Positions 1 to 11,312 of a DNA stretch of 64,000 nucleotides are shown here, piece after piece. The notes beneath the pieces are model-generated. The model was not told the DNA's origin, did no database searches, and saw only the letters and a program-made list of their open reading frames with translations. The DNA comes from Trypanosoma brucei. Taxonomy: Eukaryota. The stretch spans positions 1,536,001-1,600,000 of the forward strand of contig CP000071.1 in assembly GCA_000002445.1 (NCBI GenBank), in the 5' to 3' direction. The translations under genes were made by a program, and so were the position numbers. Every line of letters begins with the position of its first letter. The first letter of the stretch is position 1.

Positions 1-361
1 GTTTTTCTTTCAGAGATTTTACGTATACACTCGCGTCGCGTAGATCTCCATTTGGCTTCCATCCTTCCACTGCCCACGAGATTCTACACACACACAAACA
101 CGTGTGTGTGTCAAGAGAGAGAGAGAAGGAAAAAAAAAGGAATTTATCGTACCCCGGTCAAGTAAACCATATTCTGTTTATATACGGACGTTGAGCCGGT
201 GGGGTCCTGGTTCCATTCCACGCGGAATAACAGATTTAAGGGGACCTTAACTGAGCAATAAAACGTCTGTGACTACTGCTTCTTAACGCAAACCTGCTGA
301 CCAGCCTGTGGTAGGTTAACTGCCGTTACGTCCATATAACTTGAAGCTGAAATCGGAACTA

Positions 362-3300
362 ATGGGTGTGTGCCAGTCAAATCTTATTACATCGGAAGCC
401 GTAAAAGATGGGGGAAGGGAAAACTGCAAATGCCGCTGGTTACAACTGGACTCGAACAAGTTAAACATGGAGGGTAAAACCAGCTGTCCCGAAGCGGCAA
501 ATGAATTCACCGCCCGACTTGCCGAAAAGTCTGCACGACGGTTCCCGTCAAGTGGTTCGGCTGGGACCCAGACATGCAGCATCAGAACGTGTCCTACTCT
601 ACTGAATGCAGATTTTGATGTTTCTCACCAGTCGCTGCTTGGTCGTTGGTGGAACCTTCCTGTTGTATCATCGGGAGATAAATTTTCATTTGGCACCACT
701 CTGTCAATTCCGAGTGAGTCGTCAACTCCCTACACTGCGCTGTCGGTGCCTACCACCGAAGAGGCCGTTAAGAGCGGTTTGTCTCAAGAAAGTGGGCGTT
801 TCCGTCCCTCGCGTTGGATATCGCTCGTTTGCCCCATACCGGCATCGAGTTCGCTCTCAGGCTCTGGTACGGGATTACACGAGGGTTGTTGTCGTGGAGG
901 AGGATGTTATGGTGAATGCAACCGATATCTGTCGGCCAGAAGTAACTGTTCAGGTATTTCATCAGAGAATTCTACCCTCTTAGCCTGCTTCTTCGAAGCA
1001 AAAGGTGTCTTTGCATTTCGTATATCCAGTGAAGAGTCCACCGCAAAGGATGCAGCGTTCCTACGTAAACGCGGGTTGCACGCTTGTCGTGGCACCTACG
1101 TGCGACGCTGGGATCGAGTGGAGTGCTTTTCAGCGAGCAATCAGTCAAACGCGCTCACCATATTTCCCATGAAGCCATCTTCGTGTCCCTCCTCCCTCAG
1201 GGAGGGCAGTCCGGTGACTCCGTTCGGTCAGTTAAGCACAGATGACGCAAGAGCCCCGTCCACTGCCGATAGTGGACAAGAATCAAGCCGTTCCTCAGCT
1301 GACCGTAATTCCGTACACTCGTCGAGCGCGCATCCTTCGAGTCTATTGCCATCGTCAGAAACCTCAAATGGATCGGGTACGCCTATGTTTCCGAAGGAAT
1401 GTCTTCACTGCCACCACTTTGCAACCGTTAATGATCTCACCGAGTCTGTTTCATGCAACTGCATGAAGTCTCAAACACCGCTAGTTGACCAGGGCAGTTG
1501 GGCCCCAAATTTGGAAATGGCGTCGTATGACACCTGTGATTCCCCGTATGACCCTCTCGCCTCTTCACTGTTACCGAAACGAAGGGGAACTTGTGCTATG
1601 ATAGAGGAACCTTTAAATCCGAAGCCAAACAATGTGCACGAGCCAAAATCGCGTGGATCAGCAGTGCAGCCGGTACCTGCTGGCATCATCGTCAGCTGCT
1701 TTGACGTTTCGATTGACCCTTCAAAGTGGAAAGAGTGTGGATATCGACGCACAGCCCTTGATTGCCTTAATGAAGCCATATTGTCATCCGGTTGTAACTT
1801 TGGCGAGGGCGTCGTGACGAGCGTTATGTACGGTGGAATGTGTGTTGTGGAGTGCCCATCTGAGGCGGCCGTTGCTCGATTACAAGATTCCATGAGAGTA
1901 AACAAGTGGGATACCTCGGTGTCGAGCAAGTCACTTAAAGCAGCAGCCAAAAGAGCGGCGCGTAAAGGGCACAGCGGCAGTGCGGCGTCGGGTTCCGACT
2001 CTTTGCCACATGATTCGTATCGTGTTGTAATGTGTGTAGGTGGAAAATGGCCCTTTGATGAGTTGGACACCAGCAAGTGGAGAAAAGGCGACGTTAACAG
2101 TATTTCAGCAGACTGCCCCCATGCTGCTGCATCAATTACGCCGTGGATCGATGTTGACGCAGTGGCGCTGATTGTGCGTAACTGGGCTGTGCATCTACTT
2201 TCTCACATGGAGTATGCCAAGCCCCTTGCGGCTTACGTGCAGCGGTTTCGGGGCCTATTGCCGTTCCTGCGCCTCGCACCTGCAGAGGATATCCTTCATG
2301 ATTACGTGCATGTCAGCAGTGGCAGCAAATTCACTGAAAACGTGAAGGAAAACGAGGCCATTGCTTCATCTTGGGTGAACCACAGCTACCTTAGTACCGA
2401 AGGAGTGTGCGATACTACCGCTTGCTCCTCCGTTGATGGGGAGGGGCCCCCGACACGTGGAGAAAACGCTCCGGCACAACACGTGGATGCTGAGATTCCT
2501 CCCTTGGATCTGCGCTCGGTGAAGCGTCAAGGTGGGAGTAGAGGATTAAGATTCAGATCGAAAACGCTGTTTTGTAGTATGGTTCGTGGGAAGGAAGCTC
2601 TCAGCAGGGAGGAGGGTGGCAAGTCATGCACGACTGCATCACATACCAATTATGACCCTTTATCCGGCGGGGGCGGTTCATGTGTGGAGGGCAGGTCGGC
2701 TAAAAGCCCCTCCTCTTGGCCTTCAGTACTTCAGCCTCTTCCTTATGATGAGGAGCAGGTATTATGGGAGCGCGCCATGCTTGAGGTAAAGGCTGTGAAC
2801 ACCGAACTGAGGGAATTAATAGACGCCCGACATGCTACAGAGAAGGAGCTTGCGCAACTGAACTCCACCTTACAAATCATGAAGCGCTTGTTCTTACCTC
2901 ATTCGAGTATGGGCGAGGTGAATCCGCTGTGCATGTACCTCACTACAGCTCTGGAGGAGCCGACAGAACTTCCGGGGCGGCGTGCCTTCGTGGGTGGTCG
3001 TGACTGGTTTCCGTGTCTCGCCGCATTGTTGTCAAGCCCGAAAAACGCGCTCTGCAGTATTGAGATCGTTCAGCCCATGATCATATCATCTCTTCCCCAA
3101 CTTGGAATGGTTACTGGTTTACTTTATCATGATAGCGCCATGAAGAAGTTGCAGAGCCTTGTCATCCCATGCGATCAACTCTGTGGCTTCTCGACCCGTG
3201 CGAATGCACCCGCATCTGGAAGGAAAGGACACGGATTTCGAACGAAAACTACACTGCGAGGGGAAAGTAGTGGAAAAGCCAATTGCGGTCCGAGCGCGCA

Positions 3301-3991
3301 GCGCTTCCGCCGACTGAGAAATGGTGTTAGAAATTGCAAGTTCTTTCTGACACCTAAGCAGGTCAAGGATGTGTTTCTCGCCCTCACGACGTCAGTGTCA
3401 AACAACACTCGACATCCAAATTTCGTACTGTCGCTGAAGGGATTCCCTGTGGGTGGCACGAAGTCGGGCCAGTCGAAGATACGTCGATTCATTCACAGAT
3501 TTTTTCACGTGAAAAGTGGTTGGGAGAGCGCGACAACGCAGAAACCTCCTCGGGCTTCTAGTTTGTCGCCCGCGTTTGAGGAAACCTTGACGATCAATGG
3601 AAGAATGGACGAAATGGAGTTTATTTGTTGCGCTGAGGATGACGTATGCATCGCTTTGCGTGATGCGGAACGAAGACCCCATTGCATGCTGTTGCGCAGG
3701 CGTGAGAAACATCTATCGTTAGCCAATGATACACCCGGTTACTCACCCGTGTCAGGGGGGAAAGAAGGGGAAGGCGATGAGGAGTTGTCATCTACCGAGT
3801 CGTGTTGGGTGTATGGCCTACACTCCGAGAGGCTTTTAGCTGCAGTCATGGAGTGCGTTAACCTTCTTCTGCTTGATAGGGCACCGCAAATGTTCGAGAC
3901 ACTGAAAGTGGCGTGTGACCGACGGGGTTCCAAACGACTGGAAGGCACCGCCGCTACGAGGCACTGGGGCGGAGTTACGCTCACTTGCTGA
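362..3991 (+). CDS. Hypothetical protein of about 1209 aa. The track ORF begins at a TTG at 341; the first in-frame ATG is at 362. No recognisable domain.
   Basis: An uninterrupted 3.6 kb ORF in the same orientation as the neighbouring genes. Pyrimidine-rich, microsatellite spacers flank it (upstream of 340 and at 4.0–5.9 kb). Composition is S/P-rich, typical of kinetoplastid 'conserved hypothetical' proteins. Confidence 0.55.
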   Translation: MGVCQSNLITSEAVKDGGRENCKCRWLQLDSNKLNMEGKTSCPEAANEFTARLAEKSARRFPSSGSAGTQTCSIRTCPTLLNADFDVSHQSLLGRWWNLPVVSSGDKFSFGTTLSIPSESSTPYTALSVPTTEEAVKSGLSQESGRFRPSRWISLVCPIPASSSLSGSGTGLHEGCCRGGGCYGECNRYLSARSNCSGISSENSTLLACFFEAKGVFAFRISSEESTAKDAAFLRKRGLHACRGTYVRRWDRVECFSASNQSNALTIFPMKPSSCPSSLREGSPVTPFGQLSTDDARAPSTADSGQESSRSSADRNSVHSSSAHPSSLLPSSETSNGSGTPMFPKECLHCHHFATVNDLTESVSCNCMKSQTPLVDQGSWAPNLEMASYDTCDSPYDPLASSLLPKRRGTCAMIEEPLNPKPNNVHEPKSRGSAVQPVPAGIIVSCFDVSIDPSKWKECGYRRTALDCLNEAILSSGCNFGEGVVTSVMYGGMCVVECPSEAAVARLQDSMRVNKWDTSVSSKSLKAAAKRAARKGHSGSAASGSDSLPHDSYRVVMCVGGKWPFDELDTSKWRKGDVNSISADCPHAAASITPWIDVDAVALIVRNWAVHLLSHMEYAKPLAAYVQRFRGLLPFLRLAPAEDILHDYVHVSSGSKFTENVKENEAIASSWVNHSYLSTEGVCDTTACSSVDGEGPPTRGENAPAQHVDAEIPPLDLRSVKRQGGSRGLRFRSKTLFCSMVRGKEALSREEGGKSCTTASHTNYDPLSGGGGSCVEGRSAKSPSSWPSVLQPLPYDEEQVLWERAMLEVKAVNTELRELIDARHATEKELAQLNSTLQIMKRLFLPHSSMGEVNPLCMYLTTALEEPTELPGRRAFVGGRDWFPCLAALLSSPKNALCSIEIVQPMIISSLPQLGMVTGLLYHDSAMKKLQSLVIPCDQLCGFSTRANAPASGRKGHGFRTKTTLRGESSGKANCGPSAQRFRRLRNGVRNCKFFLTPKQVKDVFLALTTSVSNNTRHPNFVLSLKGFPVGGTKSGQSKIRRFIHRFFHVKSGWESATTQKPPRASSLSPAFEETLTINGRMDEMEFICCAEDDVCIALRDAERRPHCMLLRRREKHLSLANDTPGYSPVSGGKEGEGDEELSSTESCWVYGLHSERLLAAVMECVNLLLLDRAPQMFETLKVACDRRGSKRLEGTAATRHWGGVTLTC

Positions 3992-4556
3992 TGGCATTTT
4001 TTCCGTTGTTGTTGGGCGCGCGAGGCAAATCTGAAGGGATCTACTCTAAAGAGTGTAGGCGATGAGGTTGTCTGTGATGAGGGAAGTTAAGTATTTACTT
4101 TGATTCGGGGATGGGAGAGCGCCCTAGCGTAAGGCTAACCGATACAAGAAACCCGTAATGTTGTCCGTTGCGCACGGCGTTACGCAGAGGAAGATGGCTT
4201 TCACGAAGGGTTACGAGTGCTTCCGGTGTTGTTTATACGTAACAGATGTGAGAAGGGAAAAGAAAATCTTAAAGTGGATGCGCTTGTTCGCAGAGAGTAG
4301 GGGAGGTTTCAGGTGTATGACTTTTTATGTTTTGCACCGATATGCACTATTTGGTAGTGTTTCGTTTCATCACCTACCTTTCCGATACCGTTTCACCGGT
4401 TGCATTATTTTCTTCTCTTTATTTTTTGTTGTATTTTTGGCCCTCCTGCGTATGTTTGTTCCCTTACTCCAAGGCCCTTGTCGTGCGCCTCCTTCTTGAG
4501 CGGTTACCGTAGCGAAGGAAGGGAAATAAAGGGAGTGGAGGGTGCTTTTTTTTTCT

Positions 4557-4583
4557 CATATATATATATATATATATATATAT
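4557..4583. repeat. (TA)n microsatellite of about 13 units in the intergenic spacer.
   Basis: A direct run 'atatatatatatatatatatatatat' sits inside a T/C-rich inter-CDS spacer. Similar (TA)n, (CA)n and (TG)n tracts occur at 12566–12580, 35197–35214, 37542–37565, 45851–45872, 52959–52982 and 53511–53546. Confidence 0.9.
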
Positions 4584-5889
4584 GTCTTTTCTTCACTTCA
4601 ATAATGTTTTTTCTAATTCTCCTTTCTCAGACGAAAACATGTGCTTTCACGTTTCCTTTTTCTTTTTTCACTGTGAGAGAAGACGAGGCTCAGAACGACT
4701 GACAGCCCGACACTTTTCCACTGTTTCAATAATACAGACCCTAATGTGCGGTTCATACTCTTTTGCACTGCACCACTGGGACAGTTTTAATTTGTTCCTT
4801 CCCCCTTTCAAAGTTTTCCTACTCTGTTTTCGGTTATTATTTGATAATTCATATTATTACTATTATTCAACGCCAAGTTCGCAGCGTGTGCACGGACGTT
4901 GGCGGAGGCGTTCCCTTGTCACACGTTTGACTGCTTAATGTACTTAAGTTTTTTTTCTACTTTTAACTATCGAATCTCTCTCGAGTCAATTCCGTGGGCA
5001 CCGTTTCTCCTCATTGGGTGCGGAAAAGGTGTCGAGAGGAGAGAACGGGACACGAGCGTATGAGTGGACGGGAAAGAAGAAGTGGTAGAGAGGGTAATAA
5101 CAGAGAAATAAAAGAAGGGGGAATTATGGGGGAAATTTGGCGTTACGGCAGGTTTGTAGCCCTGCATAATTCCCATCTCAGGTTCCTTCTTTCATTGCTT
5201 CTGTAGCTCCTCCCTCTCTTTCCAAACACACACACACAAACACATTCCACGCATATGCGATCGCACTTGTGGTTGTGACAGGGTTTGTGCATGTGTATGT
5301 GTGCGCTGGGGCCAGCGAACAAAGTTCGTGTCCTCAACATGTTTTCAATGTACCATAGAATCATGTTTTTACTTTCCCCCCTTTTCGTCATATCAAAAGC
5401 GTGAAAGGAAGGCAGTTGAAGCTGTGGGTGAGAACGAATGATGCAGTTTACGAAGGAAGACGCTCGTTGCCTTTGTGGTTTATTATTTTTTTAATGTTTC
5501 ATTCCATTATTCTGTGGCTCCACGGGTCAGTACAGCAGTATTGTTACTACTGGCATCCATCCTCCCGTCTCCCCTCCCCATTACTTACTTGCTTGCACAT
5601 GACATTCCATTCTTCAGCAACGTGGCGCACATATTCCTTCGTTGTTTTTTCCTTCATAATTTACTCTCTACACCATCGTTGCATAGCCGATTACTTCTCC
5701 CTGAGCGCATTGCCGTTTGAGGGAGTGTTCCTTTCAAAGCTTGAAAGGAGCATTGTTGCAGGTAAAAGAAAGGAGAGCAAACGAGCCAATTCGTGGCGTG
5801 TGCTGGTGCACACCTTGTGTTGCTGAACTGGCCCGCACAGGTAGATATACACGTATACACATAAATAAAACTTAGATACTCAGCCGAAA

Positions 5890-8800
5890 ATGAAGGAAGC
5901 CGAACAACCACCAGTTGCTGGGCCGCTTCCAGGATTTGTATCGCACGCCCGGTCCACGATGTCTTCCATCGAAAGCCTTCATCGGACCAGTACTGTCAGT
6001 TCATCCGGCAACGTCCGCCTTCCTGCCATAAAACAGAGAAATCAAAGGGATGTCGCGAGCAACCAGAACCCTTATACAGCGAGCGAACAGAAGCGTCGGG
6101 AGACGAGAGTAATGATACAGCACAGGAAACGACTGCATATGTTCGGCAAGCCAATATTCGCGGAGAGCCACCAGCGGATGCTGGAGGCGAAGCGACTGTG
6201 TGCCGAGTGGGTGGCAGTTCACCAACGCGAGCGGGGGGAATCATTGGCCTTTGTGGATTACGCAAAGGAGCTGTTTTATAACGTGGTAGTTCGTAATCAC
6301 GTGCCTCTGGTGAGCAATGGAAATGATCAGTTGTGTATACTCGCTACACGGGCGGCCGTCAGTTGTTTTTTGTTAGAGGAAGCTGTGAAAGCACTACCGC
6401 GTCATGAAATCCTGGAGCGCTGCATAGGTATGCTGCTACGCCTTGTTTACGTGCCTAACACCGAGGAAATGCGCGAAGCACTCGGTGGTACTGTGCAGTA
6501 TCCCCTTCTCCTGCGACAACTACCGGACTATCAAGTTGACTCCCCCAATTGTATGCAACTGTCTCGCTTCGCACGCAAGCCTTACTTTGTTGCTCATCAC
6601 GAATTAACACAGCGCGTTATCATGTATGCGCACATGAATCTAACACGGCAGGAACGCTTCCGTCGTCTTCCCCGCATTTTCGACTTACTCAACGCTAACT
6701 GGATCAAGTCCTTCCTGCGGACTACTCTGAAGGCCTGGCAACGTGTTTGCTTGAGGAGACGGCAGGAGGAGCAAAAGCACCGGGCCCGGTGGGCACGGCG
6801 TTTTGCGGCGGAGCGCATTCGTTCCATTATACGGCAGTGGCGTGTCTACGCACAGGTTCGGGTTCACAGTGCCGTTGCAGCGGAGAGTATTATGGTACAA
6901 ATTAAAACATTGTCAATTAGCACGCGCAATCTCAGAGCTGAGATAGAGGCACTGACACAAGAAAGTGCTGAGCTTAGTGTGAGGTTGGAGGAAAAGGACA
7001 CGGAATATGGTGAGCTGGAAAAAAAAATAGCGGAGATAGAGGGGGAATACAAGAGGAAACTACAATTTGTGTGTGAAATCGATCGTGTTGGTAGCAAATT
7101 GCTGAGCTCGCTTGCACAGAAGGTGCCCTTTCCGGGTGGTACCGAAGCGATGTTGCCACTAGAGGTGTTGGTGCTGTGGGCGAATCAGACGCTCATTGAA
7201 GGATGGATGGGAAGTTTGTTTGTAGACACACCCGATGACCAGTTTGTTGAGCAGGCTGAGAGTTACGGTGCAGGTTTGGCAAGATCGGTGCGTCTGTCGG
7301 ATATCAGCTCGGCAGAGTTGCCCTTCACACCGCTGTTGAGAGAAACAACACTGGTGTTTTTACCGATGCACCGATTCCTAGCGCTCATCAGCGCCATGGA
7401 TCCAGCCACAGGACCGACTATGAAAGAAATCTCAGCTGTCTGCAAAATGGATGCCCAAGTGCGACCATTCCGAATGGAAATGGAGGACCGGGTAGAGGAA
7501 GATGCAGCGGCGGATGAAAAGAGGGATAACGTGATCAAGCTTGAGGACGAGGTCGGTCGTATTATTTTGGAAGCGTACACGAACCTCACCGGAGGTCCTT
7601 GTCTAATATCTGCTAAGCAGTTGATGACACGGAAGCGCGGCTTTCAGCTTGTGTTTCTTGCTGGTCTGCTGCGGTACTTCACCAACTGGGTTGACCGGAC
7701 GATGAAACCACGGCGGTCGCATGACGAGCGGCGGGAACGCAGTGACTCTATTCAAAACAGCGGTTCAGTGGAACGCGCGAGTCCTGTAGAGGTTATTGCA
7801 CCCTTGGTAGTTGCCGCCGCCGCCTCCGTGACGTCCTCAATTGGAAGTAACTCCACCATCGTTGCCGATGAGTACGCAGGGACGCGCCACAGGGAGTATC
7901 CGGAGTGGTTTCACCCGCCAGCGAGCCATTTGAACTGGATGCGAGTCGTGGAGAATCAGCAGCTGTGGATTGCAGCATCGTTCAATGCCCTACACAGCGC
8001 TCTGAACACTGCGACGGAGCAGCGACCCGTCTGTACTATGCAGGTGCAGGAGGAAACACCTGCATACATGGAAAATGTTACAATAAGGCGGTTATCGGAC
8101 CTTCTCTCACCGGAAGTGACTGCGGATAACTCATTTTTTTACAGTCTCGCGCGGTGTGTGGAAAATGCACTGCCTAAATTGCGTGATCTTTTCATGCAGT
8201 ACTCTTTGCTGGAAGGTGACCGAGACTACGACCGTCCGGGCACGAACAGTCTGATGATTTCTGACGAAAGCGATGTGAGTACAGGTGCTAATCTAACGGC
8301 CAGTTTTGGCAACACCCAAGCCTCCATACATGGTGCTGACGGGCAATACTTTGTCTCATCACTTGACTTTTGGAGGCTCCTGCGCGACTGCCGCGTTGTT
8401 GGCGGTCGCGGAAAGCTTCACCGCGCGGTGGTGCATAGAATTGTTGAAAAGGTTGCTCATGGTTCAGCCTCCAAGAGGAAAAGCGGTCGGGCAGGTGAGA
8501 AGAGCTCAAACATCCCTGGAACGAGGAAAACACGGTCGGGTAAAGAGCTGGCGGAAATAGACCTGAAAAACTCCTACTATAAGCTGCGTCTCTCGCCCCC
8601 CGAGTTTGTAGAAGCACTTCTCCGATGTGCACAAGTGTGGGACTATATGCAGAGCGTACAACATCGCGAGGAGCAGCAACTCTCCAGGAACATGACGGTG
8701 ACGAGCAGGACATCATCGGAGGAAGCAGAGAGTTCATTGAGCCAAAGCGCGTTGGTGTCTGAACGCCTTACGCCAAACCCCTCGCCACCAAGGAAACTTG

Positions 8801-9477
8801 GCCTCGCTGACAGGATGAACCGCAGAGATGCAAACCTGCAGGGGGCGGTGAGTTACCCTGCCCATGATCCGTCATGGCTGCTGCGTCCAGCAGCTGTGCA
8901 TCAGTTTCTTAACGAATACATCATTGTTCATGGGTTTCGTGGTCCTACACTAGACCCCTTCCAGCGCGCAAAACGCCATTTACTCTTGAGGCAGCAGTTT
9001 GCTGAACATGCAGAGGTTCTCTTTGCTATATTTTGCCACTACGCGAAACCACGAGAAGGCTACGGCATTCGTCCCCCCGATAATGAGACTTCGTCACGGG
9101 GCCAAAGTTCATCAAACGTTGCACCGTCAAGTCGTGATGGTGGTTCTCAGGCATGGAGAGGTGTAGGAGGGACCCCAAGGGACCGGGGAGAGGTGGGTAT
9201 TGTGCGCGTAATGACTCTTGGAAGTCTCCAGGCCATGACAGTAGGCTTCAGCTGGTACAGTATCCGTCGGGTTACGCCGGATATTATTGAGAGCTCCTTC
9301 CACGCTGTTGTCGCAGACCCTGAGAATGAGCCAGGTGTGCTGTTTTATCCGGAATGGCTTGACTTTCTTTGTGTACTAGCGTATTACTTCAAACCCAACC
9401 CCACCGAACCGTTACACGAGAAGATGGGCGAGTTTCTCCGAACTCACGTAATCAAACATCACAAAGATGTCTATTAA
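5890..9477 (+). CDS. Large hypothetical protein (1195 aa) with IQ-like basic-hydrophobic motifs and a coiled-coil segment.
   Basis: The ATG at 5890 was checked against the nucleotides. The segment 'RVCLRRRQEEQKHRARWARRFAAERIRSIIRQWRVYAQVR' resembles tandem IQ motifs. The segment 'RNLRAEIEALTQESAELSVRLEEKDTEYGELEKKIAEIEGEYKRK' shows heptad-like coiled-coil periodicity. The ORF is 3.6 kb long. Confidence 0.6.
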   Translation: MKEAEQPPVAGPLPGFVSHARSTMSSIESLHRTSTVSSSGNVRLPAIKQRNQRDVASNQNPYTASEQKRRETRVMIQHRKRLHMFGKPIFAESHQRMLEAKRLCAEWVAVHQRERGESLAFVDYAKELFYNVVVRNHVPLVSNGNDQLCILATRAAVSCFLLEEAVKALPRHEILERCIGMLLRLVYVPNTEEMREALGGTVQYPLLLRQLPDYQVDSPNCMQLSRFARKPYFVAHHELTQRVIMYAHMNLTRQERFRRLPRIFDLLNANWIKSFLRTTLKAWQRVCLRRRQEEQKHRARWARRFAAERIRSIIRQWRVYAQVRVHSAVAAESIMVQIKTLSISTRNLRAEIEALTQESAELSVRLEEKDTEYGELEKKIAEIEGEYKRKLQFVCEIDRVGSKLLSSLAQKVPFPGGTEAMLPLEVLVLWANQTLIEGWMGSLFVDTPDDQFVEQAESYGAGLARSVRLSDISSAELPFTPLLRETTLVFLPMHRFLALISAMDPATGPTMKEISAVCKMDAQVRPFRMEMEDRVEEDAAADEKRDNVIKLEDEVGRIILEAYTNLTGGPCLISAKQLMTRKRGFQLVFLAGLLRYFTNWVDRTMKPRRSHDERRERSDSIQNSGSVERASPVEVIAPLVVAAAASVTSSIGSNSTIVADEYAGTRHREYPEWFHPPASHLNWMRVVENQQLWIAASFNALHSALNTATEQRPVCTMQVQEETPAYMENVTIRRLSDLLSPEVTADNSFFYSLARCVENALPKLRDLFMQYSLLEGDRDYDRPGTNSLMISDESDVSTGANLTASFGNTQASIHGADGQYFVSSLDFWRLLRDCRVVGGRGKLHRAVVHRIVEKVAHGSASKRKSGRAGEKSSNIPGTRKTRSGKELAEIDLKNSYYKLRLSPPEFVEALLRCAQVWDYMQSVQHREEQQLSRNMTVTSRTSSEEAESSLSQSALVSERLTPNPSPPRKLGLADRMNRRDANLQGAVSYPAHDPSWLLRPAAVHQFLNEYIIVHGFRGPTLDPFQRAKRHLLLRQQFAEHAEVLFAIFCHYAKPREGYGIRPPDNETSSRGQSSSNVAPSSRDGGSQAWRGVGGTPRDRGEVGIVRVMTLGSLQAMTVGFSWYSIRRVTPDIIESSFHAVVADPENEPGVLFYPEWLDFLCVLAYYFKPNPTEPLHEKMGEFLRTHVIKHHKDVY

Positions 9478-10392
9478 GTTTGGTGACACGGCACGGTGTC
9501 TGGGAGGGTTCCGCTATTCCCATATGTAGGAGGTGTTTCCCTTTGCGGATGCCGTTACCTTTTCAGTGTACTTTACGCCCCTATTATAAGCAGAATGAAG
9601 AAGAATTACCTCCTTAGTTGCGTCGGAAGTACGCCACGGCGGGGCGGGGAGTGCAAGTGCGCTTTTAACGCACACCGCTTTGACGCATTCTGGTGCGTAT
9701 GGGTGTTTGGTGCTTTGAATGTATCAGCGCAGCTCTAGATTGCGCATGCGTGCTTATATTTGTACATTCCTTTGTCTCTTATCAGGCTCGTGCTTTCCTG
9801 GTTTGGAGAATGCGCACGCACCATCTGGGGCCCCCTTCTTGTGGATAAATAAACATATGTTTATTTGTCCATTTATGTATACTTACGTATAAACAGCACC
9901 GTTCTTTGACCACCACACTGAGGCAGGGGTGAGTTTGTAGGACTTTTGCGTGACTTTCACCTATTCATCAGTGATGAATATTCTCTTTGCCTTTGTTGCC
10001 CTCCCCACGCCCTGGAAAATGTACAGCTGCCATTGTGAATGTGAGGAGTAAAGGTCTGATTGGGCGTCGTTACGTGATTGTTCTTTTGTGATTGTGAAAG
10101 ACATAGTATTATTCCGTTGTAAGAGAGTTTCTGTCATGCTTATATTGTGCTGATTCTGCATGTCATATCGGTTTGTCCACCTTTTGTTTATTTTTCGACT
10201 ACTTTCTGAATGTTACGTAGAGGTAGCGAGGCAAAAGAAAAAGAAGATATAGTTTAAGGGCGAATAAGTTGGGTTTCGTACGAAAGGTAAACTCATACCG
10301 CTCGTTCGGTGGGGAGCAGATTCCTTGTTTCCCACTCGAAACATTGAAGGCATCCTCTTATCTCTTTCTTCCTTCCTTCTCAGATCCAACCG

Positions 10393-10770
10393 ATGGATGC
10401 GTTGACGACCAGCACCATACCTTCCGCGTTGGCGGCGGCGGGTTGCCTGCAGCATTCCATGGTGCGCGTGGGATTAACAAACGGCATGGTTTTGACGGGA
10501 CGCATTGTTGAGTTTGATGCTGTAACAATGAATATGAAACTTGATGCCATTACTGACATGGCGGTTTTACATCCTGCTGCGGGTGAGGGGTGTGGGGACT
10601 CCGCATATGAAACGAACCCGGCTGCGTTGCGGTGCTGCAATAGCGTTGTTGTGCGTGGTTGCCATCTGCGCTACATGGACTTTATTGATGAGGAGTCGGA
10701 CAATGGGCGAGGATTGCAGGAATTAATTACCGCAGTTCGTGTTGTAAAACCTTCCGTACCTCAGGATTGA
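10393..10770 (+). CDS. Sm-fold (Sm/LSm-like) protein of 125 aa with an insertion of about 29 aa between the Sm1 and Sm2 motifs.
   Basis: The ATG at 10393 was checked. Sm1-like: 'VRVGLTNGMVLTGRIVEFDAVTMNMKLDAITD' (consensus V.V.L..G....G.L..FD..MN.VL.D..E). Sm2-like: 'VVVRGCHLRYMDF' (consensus hhIRG..I.Y). A long variable loop lies between them. Confidence 0.6.
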   Translation: MDALTTSTIPSALAAAGCLQHSMVRVGLTNGMVLTGRIVEFDAVTMNMKLDAITDMAVLHPAAGEGCGDSAYETNPAALRCCNSVVVRGCHLRYMDFIDEESDNGRGLQELITAVRVVKPSVPQD

Positions 10771-11312
10771 AGTGGCTACAGGCGTGGGCCTTGTGTCTCT
10801 TCCCGGACTACTTTCCCCTCCTTATATTGTTAGTTTTGACGTACTTTTTGCCACGCATTGGGAGATGGTGTGTTGACTTGTGAGTGCCGTTTTCAAATGC
10901 TTCATCTCTGCGCATCGTGAGTAGCCTTTGGGCAACATGGGGATGGCCCCGCGGTGTTGTCATGATTTCTGGCGAAAACTCTTCACGTTTTGGCAGTGTG
11001 ATCAGGGAGTCGCCGCCGTCGCTGTATCGTGAGGACACTGGCTGTTCTGCACTTTTTTTTTTGTTCACTCCCTTCCCTCCTTCTTTCTCGACCTGCACAT
11101 GGAAAGTTGTGTATTTGTCTATTAAAGACTAACAACGCCACCTGCTCATCAAATAAAAAGCCTTTCAGCCACACTGTTGGATTTTACTTACCCTCTCCCC
11201 CAAGTAATAAATCACACATCAGTTATTGGTACCGCCTTCGTCTCAGAACCAAAGGAATATAACGCATCAAGAGAGACCATACAGTTATTTATACTTTTGA
11301 TAGATATTTATA

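Noticed and set aside
341-361. ORF-track start codons at 341 (TTG), 13595 (GTG), 19686 (TTG) and 63971 (GTG), all labelled 'M'
   Set aside because: The track evidently uses a bacterial start-codon table. In a trypanosome only ATG is credible, so the starts were moved to 362, 13691 and 19689, and the last ORF was treated as 5'-partial.
9968-10062. Possible C/D snoRNA ('GTGATGA' ... 'TCTGA') in the spacer between the IQ-motif protein gene and the Sm-like gene
   Set aside because: No terminal stem pairs the C and D boxes and no guide-like complementarity could be assessed. A chance occurrence is likely.
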